A DNA stretch of 64,000 bases from Terriglobia bacterium (GCA_963831465.1 CAWHQH010000039.1:108892-172891), one strand, 5' to 3'; counted from the first letter of the stretch, positions 9,213 to 19,201 are shown. The notes: generated by a model not told the origin, from the sequence alone. A program made the numbers and translations.

Positions 9213-9780
9213 TCTGCTGCCGTCGCGCGAGCCTTCGCTGTGTGGACTATCCCTGCCCCATGATCAGCGGCAACCCGTTCTTAGGATTGAAATCACATTG
9301 ATCTTGGCATTAGGGCTTTTAGCCAACGTTTCCGTGGCCTCAATGCCTTCACCAGCACACCCACGTTCCCCGGGCGGTACATAGGACCGGAGTGCCGGAA
9401 ATTGCCTTGGGATTTAAGCTGATAATTCTGGGATCGAAATGTGACATTCGGGAAACTCGTTCCTTTTCATGCAGTTAGTGTCGTCCCTGGGCGCAGAACG
9501 CGATTTCCTGCCGGGGGCATCACTTGCAACTTCGTTATCTTTGGCTGGTAATGGTTCTAGAATAAGGGCAGTAAGGGATCGCCGCTAAGTAGCAATTGAA
9601 AAAAACTCCCTGCCCAGCAAGCTTCACAGAGCAATTTTTTCAGGGGCAGGGAATTACTACCTGCTTTCTCATTCGGCAGCTCTGCTAAGTCTTTTCTTTG
9701 CAATATTCGTTGAATGGCACAGGGGATGCAATAACCCATGCCAGACGAAGTGGCGCGCATCGGGGCGCTTTCGAATGGAT

Positions 9781-10140
9781 CTAACGGCCAGAGATCCCTC
9801 GAAAGTGCCTCGTTGCATTTTGAGGCGATTTGGCGGCGTGAGCGACGCAACGCGGAGCGGAGCCGACAGCCGAATCCTGAGCGGTGGCTTTTCGCGAAGG
9901 ATCTCTGCCTTTGAGCGGCACTGCGGGCGTGAGCGACGCGGATGCCGAGGGGGAGTCCGCACGCAAAATCCTGAACACCTGCTTTTGCACGAAAGATCTC
10001 TGCCATTCAACGGTCGTGGGTGTGAGCGAAGCGAAGGGCTGATTGAGCCGATTTAAAGGCGTAAGCAAGCCAACCGGCAATTGTGAGCCGACAGCCAAAT
10101 CCTGAGCGCCGCTTCTTGCGCTGAGGGTCTCTTCTTGACC
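9781..10140. repeat. Degenerate tandem array (3-4 units, period ~91-96 nt) in a non-coding region
   Basis: Three boxes recur. G(C/T)GTGAGCGA(C/A)GC starts at 9836, 9927 and 10020. AATCCTGA starts at 9872, 9967 and 10098. GATCTCTGCC starts at about 9900 and 9995. GAGCCGACAGCC(G/A)AATCCTGAGCG is shared almost identically by units 1 and 3. Confidence 0.5.
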
Positions 10141-10365
10141 GAATCCAGCGGGCCACCGTTCTTCCTGTTTTAAGATAAAGATTCACCCCCATCGCGGATT
10201 GTATTTTCTACAAATTGGCTCGCTCTTTTGACACATGGAGAACAAGTAAATGGTCACTAGGATTTGCGCCATTGCATTGGTGCTCGTGCTGGCTATTGCG
10301 ATTGGAATTCTTCAAGGTAAAGCTCAAGCTAGGAAGTCTCCGGAAACGCAACGACAGACAAGGCA

Positions 10366-10835
10366 ATGTCTGCCTACCTTGGTCTCAGGAACCTGGCTTT
10401 ATCGAGTGCTTCCAGTGAAGAAGCAAAGTCATCCAAGACCGCACCCGATGAACCAATAGCTGTCCTGATGGATGTGGCTCTTTCTCAGCGCACGGCCACC
10501 ATAGCGCTTATGCTGATGGTACAGCGAGCATTTATATAAGCAACGGCGGAGGTTATTTAGGAGGCAGTCAGTCCTATAAATTTATCCGTGATGCCGGACT
10601 GCAGATGATTGCGGCAGGACACAAATTCCGGCCCACGATGCAATTAACAAAAGAATTTCCACTCCCTGTAGCGGGAGAAGTCGTCTTCTACGTGGTGACC
10701 AAGGGTGGAATTTATACAGCCCGTGCGCCACAAACGCAATTGAATCAAAGAACGCATCCGCTCACGGAATTGTATGCGGCAGGGCAACAAATCATTACGC
10801 AGTACAGGCTTATGCCAAAATCCACAAACAAGTGA
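10366..10835 (+). pseudogene. Conserved hypothetical protein, interrupted by a 1-nt frameshift near 10505
   Basis: Frame 1 reads MSAYLGLRNLALSS...PIAVLMDVALSQRTATIA. It continues in frame 0 as YADGTASIYISNGGGYLGGSQSYKFIRDAGLQMIAAGHKF... (track ORF 10605..10835). Restoring one T in GCGCTT^ATG would give ...TATIALYADGTASIY. Confidence 0.4.
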
Positions 10836-10908
10836 TTTGGACAGTGGCACACGGATTCACTGCATGCGTTACAATCGCCCTGATCGGTAATGAACGAGGT
10901 ACCTGAAA

Positions 10909-11634
10909 ATGAGTGCCACCCCAGCTGCTTCCGGCCTTCTTACGATAGTCACATCCGCTCCACCAGCCAGCATCGATGATGTCATCCAAATAATGAAGAA
11001 ACTTGATGCCGCGTTACCAGGAAATGATGGTTTGAAATGGTTCAACCTGCTGTATTTAGAAGTCACCCAACAGGTCCAGCAGAATCCTCCGGTGAGCGGA
11101 TGGAAAGCTCCGATTTGGCTCTCCCGGCTCGATGTGATTTTTGCGACTCTCTATTTCAAGGCCATTGCAAATTCACTTAGTGGAAATCCCATCCCTAGCT
11201 CATGGCAGGCATTGTTTGAAGCAAGACAACGTACCGGAATCGATCGCATACAGTTTGCTCTTGCCGGAATGAACGCGCATATCAATCATGATTTGTCCCT
11301 GGCCCTGCTTGCAATCGACAGCGAGATGCATCAAGGCTTCTCCACCGCTACGCCTGAACACCAGGACTACGAACATGTGAACGATCTTCTACAGGCAGTT
11401 CTGCCCCAGGCTCTCACGCTGCTGGCGAATGGAATTTTAGGACAGATCGCAGAAGATACCGGCAAGATTGGCAAGCTGCTAGCTATATGGAACGTTCGCG
11501 CGGCACGCGATCTTGCCTGGGACTTCGCCGGGCATCTGAAATCAATCCCGCAACCGTTCCAAAGTTTTGCGTTGGCTACCCAGGACCAGCTCACGGGCGC
11601 TTTGGGGAGAAGTTTGCTGGTTCCAATTCAATAA
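10909..11634 (+). CDS. DUF5995-family protein
   Basis: Contains FALAGMNAHINHDLSLAL, a motif I associate with DUF5995. 241 aa with no signal peptide. Confidence 0.65.
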   Translation: MSATPAASGLLTIVTSAPPASIDDVIQIMKKLDAALPGNDGLKWFNLLYLEVTQQVQQNPPVSGWKAPIWLSRLDVIFATLYFKAIANSLSGNPIPSSWQALFEARQRTGIDRIQFALAGMNAHINHDLSLALLAIDSEMHQGFSTATPEHQDYEHVNDLLQAVLPQALTLLANGILGQIAEDTGKIGKLLAIWNVRAARDLAWDFAGHLKSIPQPFQSFALATQDQLTGALGRSLLVPIQ

Positions 11635-11658
11635 TTCCGGATAAGTACGCGCTGCTGG

Positions 11659-11898
11659 CTACACCAGTTGAACCTTTTCCCTTAGATCTATGCCCGCGCG
11701 CCGGAGGATTGCGGCAATCTCGCCATCGTTGAGCCGTGACGCATCATATTCCACCCGGATGGTATACTCTTTTTCGTCCAGCTTGATCTTGCGCACCCCG
11801 TAAACCTCCCAGGCGTTGTTGAGCGCGCCCATTTCTTTCTCGCCGGGCGGCGTTCCATATTTAAAAACTACGTCTAGCAAGGTCATCAATTTCTCCAA
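11659..11898 (-). CDS. Small hypothetical protein (79 aa), divergent from csoR
   Basis: Clean ORF with plausible composition. I recognise no family. Confidence 0.45.
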   Translation of the reverse strand: MEKLMTLLDVVFKYGTPPGEKEMGALNNAWEVYGVRKIKLDEKEYTIRVEYDASRLNDGEIAAILRRAGIDLREKVQLV

Positions 11899-11954
11899 CG
11901 TAATGTTTTTATCGACCCTCCAATATATCTCAAGGCTTTATTGTCCATTGACTG

Positions 11955-11973
11955 TATACCCCTAGGGGGTATA
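11955..11973. promoter_or_regulatory. Putative CsoR operator (GC-core pseudo-palindrome)
   Basis: TATACCCCTAGGGGGTATA lies 24 nt upstream of the csoR start. It has the same architecture as known CsoR operators, with a C-tract and G-tract flanked by TA-rich arms. Confidence 0.6.
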
Positions 11974-11996
11974 TATTGTGACAGGTCAGGTCTAAT

Positions 11997-12317
11997 ATGA
12001 AGAAGCAAAAAACACAAATGGAAACGCATCGCGCCATGCCGCGAGAAACCGAAGAACGCCAGGGTTTGTTGCTGCGCTTGCGACGCGTGGAAGGCCAGGT
12101 TCGCGGCGTACAGAAGATGGTGGAAGAAGACCGCTACTGTCCGGATGTATTGGTGCAGATGTCTGCCATTCATGAATCGCTACGCGCCGTGGAGCGAATC
12201 TTGATGAAAGACCACTTGCAGCACTGCGCGACTGAAGCCTTGCGCTCCGGTGACGACAAACAGGCGCAGCGCACATACAACGAACTGACAGAACTTTTCT
12301 ACCGCCACGCGCGCTGA
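11997..12317 (+). CDS. csoR: CsoR/RcnR-family metal-sensing transcriptional repressor
   Basis: RLRRVEGQVRGVQKMVEEDRYCPDVLVQMSAIHESLRAV...HLQHC shows the C-H-C ligand pattern. The gene sits directly upstream of copA. Confidence 0.9.
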   Translation: MKKQKTQMETHRAMPRETEERQGLLLRLRRVEGQVRGVQKMVEEDRYCPDVLVQMSAIHESLRAVERILMKDHLQHCATEALRSGDDKQAQRTYNELTELFYRHAR

Positions 12318-12329
12318 GGCTCCAGGGAC

Positions 12330-14831
12330 ATGAATCCAGAAACAGCAGATTCAGGAAAAATAGGAAGGACACTCGTTAAAGATCCCGTCTGCAATATGGA
12401 CGTTGATCCCGCCAGGGCCGCCGGATCGTCGGAACATAAAGGTCAAACGTACTATTTTTGCAGTCCAGGTTGCGTGAAGCGCTTTAACGCCGATCCGGAA
12501 AAATATCTAACGCCGAAGCCGCCCGCTGCTCAACTTCCCGAAACCCAGATGGTACAGATCGGCGGTATCGCGCCGCTAAAGCCTGCGGGTCAATCCGCGC
12601 CGCAGCAAGAAACAGGCAAGGGAACCGTCACCTACGTTTGCCCCATGGACCCCGAAGTGCGCGAGAGCAAGCCTGGAGCTTGCCCAAAGTGCGGTATGGC
12701 CCTGGAACCGGAAACTGTGGAATACACCTGCCCCATGCATCCGGAAATAGTGCGCAACGGTCCGGGTAATTGTCCGATCTGCGGCATGGCCCTTGAACCG
12801 CGGGTTGCCGTTGGCATTCACGAAGAAGACGATTCTGAATTGCACAGTATGCAGCGGCGACTGTGGGTTGGCGTCGCGCTTAGCATTCCTTTGCTTGCAA
12901 TTTCTATAGGCGGGATGGCCGCAGGCAGTCCCTTGCATAACCTGCCGGCGGGGTGGATGGAATGGCTGCAACTTTTGCTCGCAACGCCGGTGCTGCTGTG
13001 GGGTGGTTGGCCGTTTTTCCAGCGCGGATGGGCGTCTTTGGTTAATCGCCATCTGAATATGTTCACGTTGATCGCCATGGGAACCGGCACAGACTATTTC
13101 TTCAGCCTCATAGCAACGCTTGCGCCTGGCATTTTTCCTGCATCGTTTCTTGGCCATGGGGGACGGCCAGAAGTTTATTTTGAGTCGGCAGCCATCATCG
13201 TGACGCTGGTGCTGCTGGGCCAGGTACTGGAGTTGCGCGCTCGACGACAGACAAGTTCCGCCATTAAAGCCTTGCTCAACCTCAATCCCAAAACAGCGCG
13301 GCGTTTACGTCCGGACGGCTCAGATGAAGAGATTCCCCTGGATCACATCGAGCGCGGCGACAGCTTGCGCGTGCGCCCGGGTGACCGCGTCCCAGTGGAC
13401 GGCGTTGTGCAAGAAGGTAACAGCGCCGTAGATGAGTCGATGATTACGGGCGAGTCGATGCCGGTGGAAAAATCCGCAGGCATAAAAGTTGTGGGCGGAA
13501 CGGTGAACCAAACCGGTTCGTTCATTATGCGTGCGGAAAAGCTGGGCTCAGAAACGCTGCTGGCACAGATCGTGCGAATGGTCGCTGAAGCGCAGCGCAG
13601 CCGCGCACCAATCCAATCATTAGCCGATAAAGTTTCAGGCTACTTTGTGCCGGCCGTGTTGCTGGTAGCAGTACTTAGCTTCATCGCATGGGCCATCTGG
13701 GGGCCAGAGCCGCGATTTGCATACGCTCTAGTGAATGCCGTTGCAGTACTGATCATCGCCTGCCCTTGCGCGCTGGGACTGGCCACTCCCATGGCCGTAA
13801 TGGTCGGCACAGGACGCGGCGCACACGCGGGCGTACTGGTAAAAGATGCTGAAGCGCTGGAACTCATGGAAAAAGTAGACACGCTCGTCTTGGACAAAAC
13901 CGGCACCCTCACAGAAGGGAAGCCTCGGATGACGTCAATACTGGTTACTGGTAGCGTCTCGGAGGTCGATCTTCTATTACTGGTCGCGGCCGTTGAGAAA
14001 CTAAGCGAGCATCCCGTTGCTGCTGCCATCGTGCGAGAAGCGGAACAACGTAAATTGAAGCTTCCACAGGCTGCCAATTTTCAGTCATTTACCGGGCAGG
14101 GAGTCGCGGGAGAAGTTCTGGGCCGGAAGATTGCCGTAGGAACACCTGACTTCCTCGCAGGTATGGGAGTCGATACAGGCCCCATATCATTACAAGCCGA
14201 GACGCTTAGAAAACAAGGACAAACAGTTGTTCTTGCCGCAGTCGAAGGCAAGGCCGCTGGCCTGATTGCTGTTGCCGATCCGATCAAGCCTTCTGCCCGC
14301 GATGCTGTGACAGCATTAAAGCAAAGCGGCCTGCGACTGGTCATGCTTACGGGTGACAATCGCGCCACGGCCCAAGCCATCGCCAGGGAACTCGGTATTG
14401 CTGAATTTGAAGCTGAAGTGCTGCCGCAACAAAAATTGGCTATCGTGAAAAAACTTCAGGCTGAAGGCCGAATTCTTGCCATGGCAGGTGACGGCGTGAA
14501 TGATGCGCCTGCCCTGGCCCAGGCCGACGTCGGCATTGCTATGGGAACAGGTACGGATGTGGCGATGGAAAGCGGAGACATCACCCTGGTCAAAGGCGAC
14601 CTGAACGCGCTGATGCGCGCGCGAAATCTGAGCCGCGCCACCATGAGTAACATCCGGCAGAACTTGTTCTTTGCCTTTATCTATAACTTGCTTGGCGTGC
14701 CCATCGCCGCAGGGGTGTTGTATCCATTCACCGGATTGCTGCTGCAGCCAGTCTTCGCCGCTGCTGCAATGAGCTTTAGTTCAGTATCCGTTATTGCCAA
14801 TGCTTTGCGGCTGCGACGCGCAAAGCTGTAG
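12330..14831 (+). CDS. copA: Copper-translocating P1B-type ATPase
   Basis: Has the CPC motif ([12 protein letters not shown]), DKTGTLT, and [10 protein letters not shown]. The N-terminus carries a YHS/TRASH-like CxxC...C domain and two Y(V/T)CPM(D/H)PE...CPxCGMALEP heavy-metal-binding motifs. Confidence 0.95.
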   Translation: MNPETADSGKIGRTLVKDPVCNMDVDPARAAGSSEHKGQTYYFCSPGCVKRFNADPEKYLTPKPPAAQLPETQMVQIGGIAPLKPAGQSAPQQETGKGTVTYVCPMDPEVRESKPGACPKCGMALEPETVEYTCPMHPEIVRNGPGNCPICGMALEPRVAVGIHEEDDSELHSMQRRLWVGVALSIPLLAISIGGMAAGSPLHNLPAGWMEWLQLLLATPVLLWGGWPFFQRGWASLVNRHLNMFTLIAMGTGTDYFFSLIATLAPGIFPASFLGHGGRPEVYFESAAIIVTLVLLGQVLELRARRQTSSAIKALLNLNPKTARRLRPDGSDEEIPLDHIERGDSLRVRPGDRVPVDGVVQEGNSAVDESMITGESMPVEKSAGIKVVGGTVNQTGSFIMRAEKLGSETLLAQIVRMVAEAQRSRAPIQSLADKVSGYFVPAVLLVAVLSFIAWAIWGPEPRFAYALVNAVAVLIIACPCALGLATPMAVMVGTGRGAHAGVLVKDAEALELMEKVDTLVLDKTGTLTEGKPRMTSILVTGSVSEVDLLLLVAAVEKLSEHPVAAAIVREAEQRKLKLPQAANFQSFTGQGVAGEVLGRKIAVGTPDFLAGMGVDTGPISLQAETLRKQGQTVVLAAVEGKAAGLIAVADPIKPSARDAVTALKQSGLRLVMLTGDNRATAQAIARELGIAEFEAEVLPQQKLAIVKKLQAEGRILAMAGDGVNDAPALAQADVGIAMGTGTDVAMESGDITLVKGDLNALMRARNLSRATMSNIRQNLFFAFIYNLLGVPIAAGVLYPFTGLLLQPVFAAAAMSFSSVSVIANALRLRRAKL

Positions 14832-14835
14832 CCGC

Positions 14836-16257
14836 TCATACCATCTTCAGTTTCCACTTTCCCTTCTTGAAAATGTAAATGCCGATGAGCGAGAGCAGGA
14901 TCTCGGCTACCAGGATCGCGTAATAAGCGCCGTTCGGCCCGACATGGAATTTCATACTCAAGACAAAGGCCAGAGGCAGCTGCACGATCCAATACACAAA
15001 AAAGTTGATCCACGTTGGCGTCCAGGTATCGCCCGCTCCGTTGAAGGCCTGTACAATCACCTCGCCGTAGGCCCACAGCACGTAACAGCAGCTGATGATT
15101 CGCAGACAGCTTGCGCCATAGCGGATTACCTGAGGGTCGGTGCTGAACACCGCGACCAATTGCGGAGCAAAGATGAGGAACCCCAGTGACACTACCGCTA
15201 GGAAAGCAGCGTTAAAGAAACTGGCACGCCAGACTGATTGCTCAGCCCGATCTGGCTGCTTCGCTCCCAGATTCTGCCCGACCAGCGTTGCTGCCGCCGA
15301 CCCAAGTCCCCACGAGGGAAGAGTCGAGAAGATCACAATACGGATGGCCACGGTATAGCCCGCGGTGGCTTGACTGCCAAAAGACTGGACTATGCGCACC
15401 ATGGCCAGCCAACTTGCAGTAGCTATTAAAAGCTGCAAGACGCCGATTCCCGAAACCTCAAAGATGTTCCACATCAGCTTCAGCTGCAGGCGGATGTGCT
15501 TGCGCAGAATATTCAGGTGCGCGCTGCCCTTGCTGAGCATGTAAATCTGAAAAACAATGCCAATGCTTCGTCCGATGCTGGTCGAGACCGCGGCCCCTGT
15601 AACGCCCAGCCTGGGAAATGGTCCAAGGCCCCGGATCAGGCAGGGATCGAGGAACAAATTGATGAAGTTCGCCAGCCAGAGAACACGCATTGCAATGGCT
15701 GCATCTCCGGCACCGCGGAAGACCGCATTGATGAGAAAAAGCAGCAGGATGATGCCGGAACTGCTCAACATAATTCGCGTGTAAAGAGAGCCGACGCGCA
15801 GAATCCCCGGTCCGGCTCCCATCCAGCGGAGCAATCCGGGCGCAAACGGAAAGGCAATGGCAAAGATCAAGACCGCGAACCCGAAACCGATGAGAATCGA
15901 TTGGACAGCGGCCTCAGCAGCGCCAGTCTGATCATGTTCACCCACGCGCCGCGCCACCACAGCAGTGGTCCCCATGCTGAGACCGAAAGCCACGGCCATC
16001 ACAAGTACCAGGAGGCCTTCGGTGATGCCAACGGTCGCAGTTGAGTCGGCTCCCAAATGCGCGACAAAGAAAATATCGACGATGCCGAACAGCGATTCCA
16101 TCGCCATCTCCAGCACCATGGGAACGGCCAGCAGCACGATCGCGCGATCTATTGAGATCGCCGTGAAGTCCTGTTTGGAGCCGAGAATGGCTTCTTTGAT
16201 CAGCGCGAACCATCGAGAAGCCCGTGAAGGAACGGCAGCGGTGACAGGTGTACTCAA
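14836..16257 (-). CDS. MATE-family efflux transporter
   Basis: 473 aa with 12 predicted helices and a typical MATE N-terminus (…AIVLLAVPMVLEMAMESLFGIVDIFFVAHLG…). Confidence 0.9.
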   Translation of the reverse strand: MSTPVTAAVPSRASRWFALIKEAILGSKQDFTAISIDRAIVLLAVPMVLEMAMESLFGIVDIFFVAHLGADSTATVGITEGLLVLVMAVAFGLSMGTTAVVARRVGEHDQTGAAEAAVQSILIGFGFAVLIFAIAFPFAPGLLRWMGAGPGILRVGSLYTRIMLSSSGIILLLFLINAVFRGAGDAAIAMRVLWLANFINLFLDPCLIRGLGPFPRLGVTGAAVSTSIGRSIGIVFQIYMLSKGSAHLNILRKHIRLQLKLMWNIFEVSGIGVLQLLIATASWLAMVRIVQSFGSQATAGYTVAIRIVIFSTLPSWGLGSAAATLVGQNLGAKQPDRAEQSVWRASFFNAAFLAVVSLGFLIFAPQLVAVFSTDPQVIRYGASCLRIISCCYVLWAYGEVIVQAFNGAGDTWTPTWINFFVYWIVQLPLAFVLSMKFHVGPNGAYYAILVAEILLSLIGIYIFKKGKWKLKMV

Positions 16258-16383
16258 AAGAAATCTCCAATAAATCTGCGCAAAGGCGGCAGAAAGGCAA
16301 GTTGCAGGGGATCATCTGCGCGGAGGAACTTCGCGCGAGCAACGGAAGCGATTTAGTAGGAGACTTTCATCGGCGTAGATGAT

Positions 16384-16462
16384 TTTTTACCACAGAACTC
16401 AGGAGGAAATCAAAGAGGATCCATCCTTGTCCTTCAGCCTTCGCGTCCTTTGCGGTAAAATC
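16384..16462. repeat. Palindromic REP/MITE-like intergenic element
   Basis: The left arm is TTTTACCACAGAACTCAGGAGG.... The right arm is the reverse complement of TTTTACCGCAAAGGACGCGAAGG.... The element is centred on GGATCC. Confidence 0.4.
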
Positions 16463-16478
16463 CCGGCGAGGTCCACCG

Positions 16479-17501
16479 ATGAAAACTGTTCTGGCTCTGC
16501 TTTTTGTGTCCGTTACCGCGTTCGCGCAAAGCTCTGAAGAAGGCAAAGTTGTTCGCTATGAGCTGAAACCCAGCGAGCTTAAATACACTTATGCTGCCTC
16601 ATATAGTCCGGTAGCGCATCTCAAGTCCGGCAACATCCTCGAGACGAATACGGTCGACTGCTTTGGCAATGCGATCAAGAAGCCCGGCGATACGCTCAGC
16701 ATGGCCCATGGCGACAATCCCCTGACAGGGCCATTCTTCATAGACGGCGCAGAGCCCGGCGATACTTTGGCAGTCAAGTTTCTGGAAATCAACGTGGATA
16801 GCAATCAGGGCATCGGCGCACTTGCGCCGGGATTCGGCGCGATCAACTCCACAAATTACACTCCCATGCTCAACGCGCCCATTCCGGAGAAAATCTGGTT
16901 TTATCCCATTGACCATGCTACGAATACCGCTACTTTTCAGGCGCTTGATTCGAAATTCACGGTGAAGTTTCCGCTGCATCCATTCTTTGGCTGCATTGGC
17001 GTGGCGCCCGCCGGCGGTGAAGCTCGCACATCGGTGGTTCCGGAAGCGTTCGGTGGCAACATGGATTCACCTGAAGCCAGCGTCGGCAACACGGTTTATT
17101 TTCCGGTGAATGTTCCGGGTGCAATGCTGTTCATGGGTGACGGTCATGCCGCCATGGGCGATGGAGAAATCGCCGGCACAGCGTTAGAAGTTCCACTTCG
17201 CGGACGCGTACAGGTGCACGTGATCAAAGGCCAGAAAATCAGCTGGCCGCGTTTTGAAAATGACGAATACATCATGACCGTAGGCGCATATCGTCCGCTT
17301 GATGACGCTCTGCGCATCGCGTTTACTGAGTTAGTTGGCTGGATCCACAACGACTATGGCCTCTCTGAGATGGATGCGTACGAGCTTCTATCGAAAGTCG
17401 GCGAGATTCACCTGAATGAAATGGTCGATCCAAACTATGTGATCGTCGCCAAAGTGAAAAAAAGCTATTTACCTTCTAAGAAGACTGTGTCAGCTAAATA
17501 G
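16479..17501 (+). CDS. Acetamidase/formamidase-family amidohydrolase (secreted)
   Basis: GPFFIDGAEPGDTLAVKFLEI and GNMDSPE...MGDGHAAMGDGEI are typical of the FmdA/AmdA family. An N-terminal signal peptide is present. Confidence 0.9.
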   Translation: MKTVLALLFVSVTAFAQSSEEGKVVRYELKPSELKYTYAASYSPVAHLKSGNILETNTVDCFGNAIKKPGDTLSMAHGDNPLTGPFFIDGAEPGDTLAVKFLEINVDSNQGIGALAPGFGAINSTNYTPMLNAPIPEKIWFYPIDHATNTATFQALDSKFTVKFPLHPFFGCIGVAPAGGEARTSVVPEAFGGNMDSPEASVGNTVYFPVNVPGAMLFMGDGHAAMGDGEIAGTALEVPLRGRVQVHVIKGQKISWPRFENDEYIMTVGAYRPLDDALRIAFTELVGWIHNDYGLSEMDAYELLSKVGEIHLNEMVDPNYVIVAKVKKSYLPSKKTVSAK

Positions 17502-17577
17502 CTAGCTTCTTGAAGCTGTATTTCTGAAATTTCGAAGCGCCCGCTTCTCCAGAGAAGTGGAAGATCCGAAGCGGCAA

Positions 17578-17609
17578 AAGCCGCGGGTCGCAAGCCCCAC
17601 GGCTTCTTT
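17578..17609 (+). terminator. Rho-independent terminator after the formamidase gene
   Basis: AAGCCGCGGG-UCGCAAGC-CCCACGGCUU forms a 10-bp stem with one mismatch and is followed by CUUUAU. Confidence 0.5.
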
Positions 17610-18430
17610 ATGCAAATATTTTCATGGTGGTTTTCAAAAACTAACAATGGTGCTTTGGGGCCACACGTATCTTTCCATTAGTTCCAGCAGCCATTTCTTG
17701 TCGTGGCTGCCTATGGAACACCTACGGTATGTCGCTGAGGCTGCTCAGTTTCCACACCTCATTGTAAAAAGCCAAGCACGCCGATCCCGGGCCGTGGGCG
17801 TTGCATTCTGAAGGTTTCATGGCCTATCGGACATCGCTTGCTTGTAACTTGAAAAACAACTGCGGTACTCAATTCTGGCCCGTGATCGCTTCTCTTTTAC
17901 TTGGTTTGCATATTGTCCTATTGCAAGTTGTGGCTGGCCTGCTATTGCTTGTTTTTACTTCAACGGGGGTATCCCTTGCAAAGCACTTCTTTGGATGATC
18001 TCCTGAACTGGGGTGGGGCAGGAACATTCGAGCCCGTCAACTCCACTCATGAAGCCAGCGCCAAAGCGTCTGCGCATCTTGCTAAAACACGAAACCAACC
18101 CTTGCCATCCTGCAGGAACCCTGCCTGCGATGAGTAAGTTGAATGACTTGGTTCGGTTGCGGGCGGCAATTATAACAAGCTACATTCCTGGTGCAAGAAA
18201 AGAATTACCATAAAGACTTAAAGCATTAACTTTTTAGGTTCGCCAGTCAGGCTTTGGAAGCCACGTAGTTGTCTTGGATTGTGAACCCAGCCTCGGCCTT
18301 GGACGGAGCAGGACCAAAAATATGGCTGACCGGTTCTCTGCCAAGCTTCGGACCAGTTTTTCACCCATTTGGCCGATGAAAAAGTTCCTTTGCTTGCAAC
18401 TTCTTAGCTGCTTGTGTTACACACAGAAGC

Positions 18431-19201
18431 ATGCGCAACTGGATGCGCGAGCGCATGAAGCGCCGTAAAAAAAAGCCGGAAAATGAGACGGAGGCCACTG
18501 GCAAGGTCGGCCAGCAAAAGCCTTTGGTCGATGAAGCTCATCCTCAACCCTTGATGCCGGCGTATGACGATATAGAGCCAGAGGCCCCGCCCGCGCCCGA
18601 AGTCGCCCAGGAATCTCCTGTGACCAGCGAGCCGCGCATGGAAACTGAAGTACAGCCAGAATCACCCTCCATGCCGCCTCCCGGAGTTCCGGAGCATCGA
18701 CCGGCGCAGCAAGCGGGGAAGGCTTCAGGACGGCCGTCAAAAGGCGTGGTTGTGCTTGCTATCGGCTTGCCAGGATCGGGTAAGACGACCTGGTTCAAGC
18801 GTCGCGGTGTCTCCCCGCTTTCCAGTGACATGCTGCGTTCAATCCTTTTTGACGACATCACCGAGCAGCGCTATCAAGGGCTTGTTTTTTCCACGCTTCG
18901 ATCCTTGCTTCGCGCCCGGCTCATCGCTCGTATGCCATGGAATTATGTTGATGCCAGCAATCTGGCTCCGCATGAGCGCCGCCAATGGATAAAGATGGCC
19001 AAAGGCTTTGGTTATGAAGTACATGCCGTCTTTTTCGATGTCCCACTTGAAGTTTGTCTTGAGCGTAATCGCAAGCGTGAACGCCAGGTGAAAGAAGACG
19101 TAATCCAGCGGATGGCGGCCAAACTGAAGGCCCCGGGCTTTGAAGAAGGCTTCGGAAAAATTACCGTCGTCCGCGTAAAACGCTCAGGCGAGCAGACTTA
19201 G
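18431..19201 (+). CDS. P-loop kinase-like ATP-binding protein (AAA_33/polynucleotide-kinase-like) with ~105-aa disordered N-terminal extension
   Basis: Walker A motif GLPGSGKTT with a zeta/PNK-like downstream pattern. The N-terminus is K/R-, P- and E-rich low-complexity sequence. Confidence 0.7.
   Translation: MRNWMRERMKRRKKKPENETEATGKVGQQKPLVDEAHPQPLMPAYDDIEPEAPPAPEVAQESPVTSEPRMETEVQPESPSMPPPGVPEHRPAQQAGKASGRPSKGVVVLAIGLPGSGKTTWFKRRGVSPLSSDMLRSILFDDITEQRYQGLVFSTLRSLLRARLIARMPWNYVDASNLAPHERRQWIKMAKGFGYEVHAVFFDVPLEVCLERNRKRERQVKEDVIQRMAAKLKAPGFEEGFGKITVVRVKRSGEQT

Noticed and set aside
9781-10140. Possible CRISPR array, because of repeated ~90-nt periodicity
   Set aside because: The units are degenerate throughout and are not exact short repeats alternating with unique spacers. 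The period is too long. No cas genes or leader are present in the window.
12576-13157. 193-aa minus-strand ORF inside copA
   Set aside because: It is fully antisense to a strongly supported P-type ATPase. Its Arg/His-rich composition is typical of shadow ORFs in GC-rich DNA.
15496-16044. 182-aa plus-strand ORF inside the MATE gene
   Set aside because: It is antisense to a well-supported 12-helix transporter and has low-complexity, charged composition.
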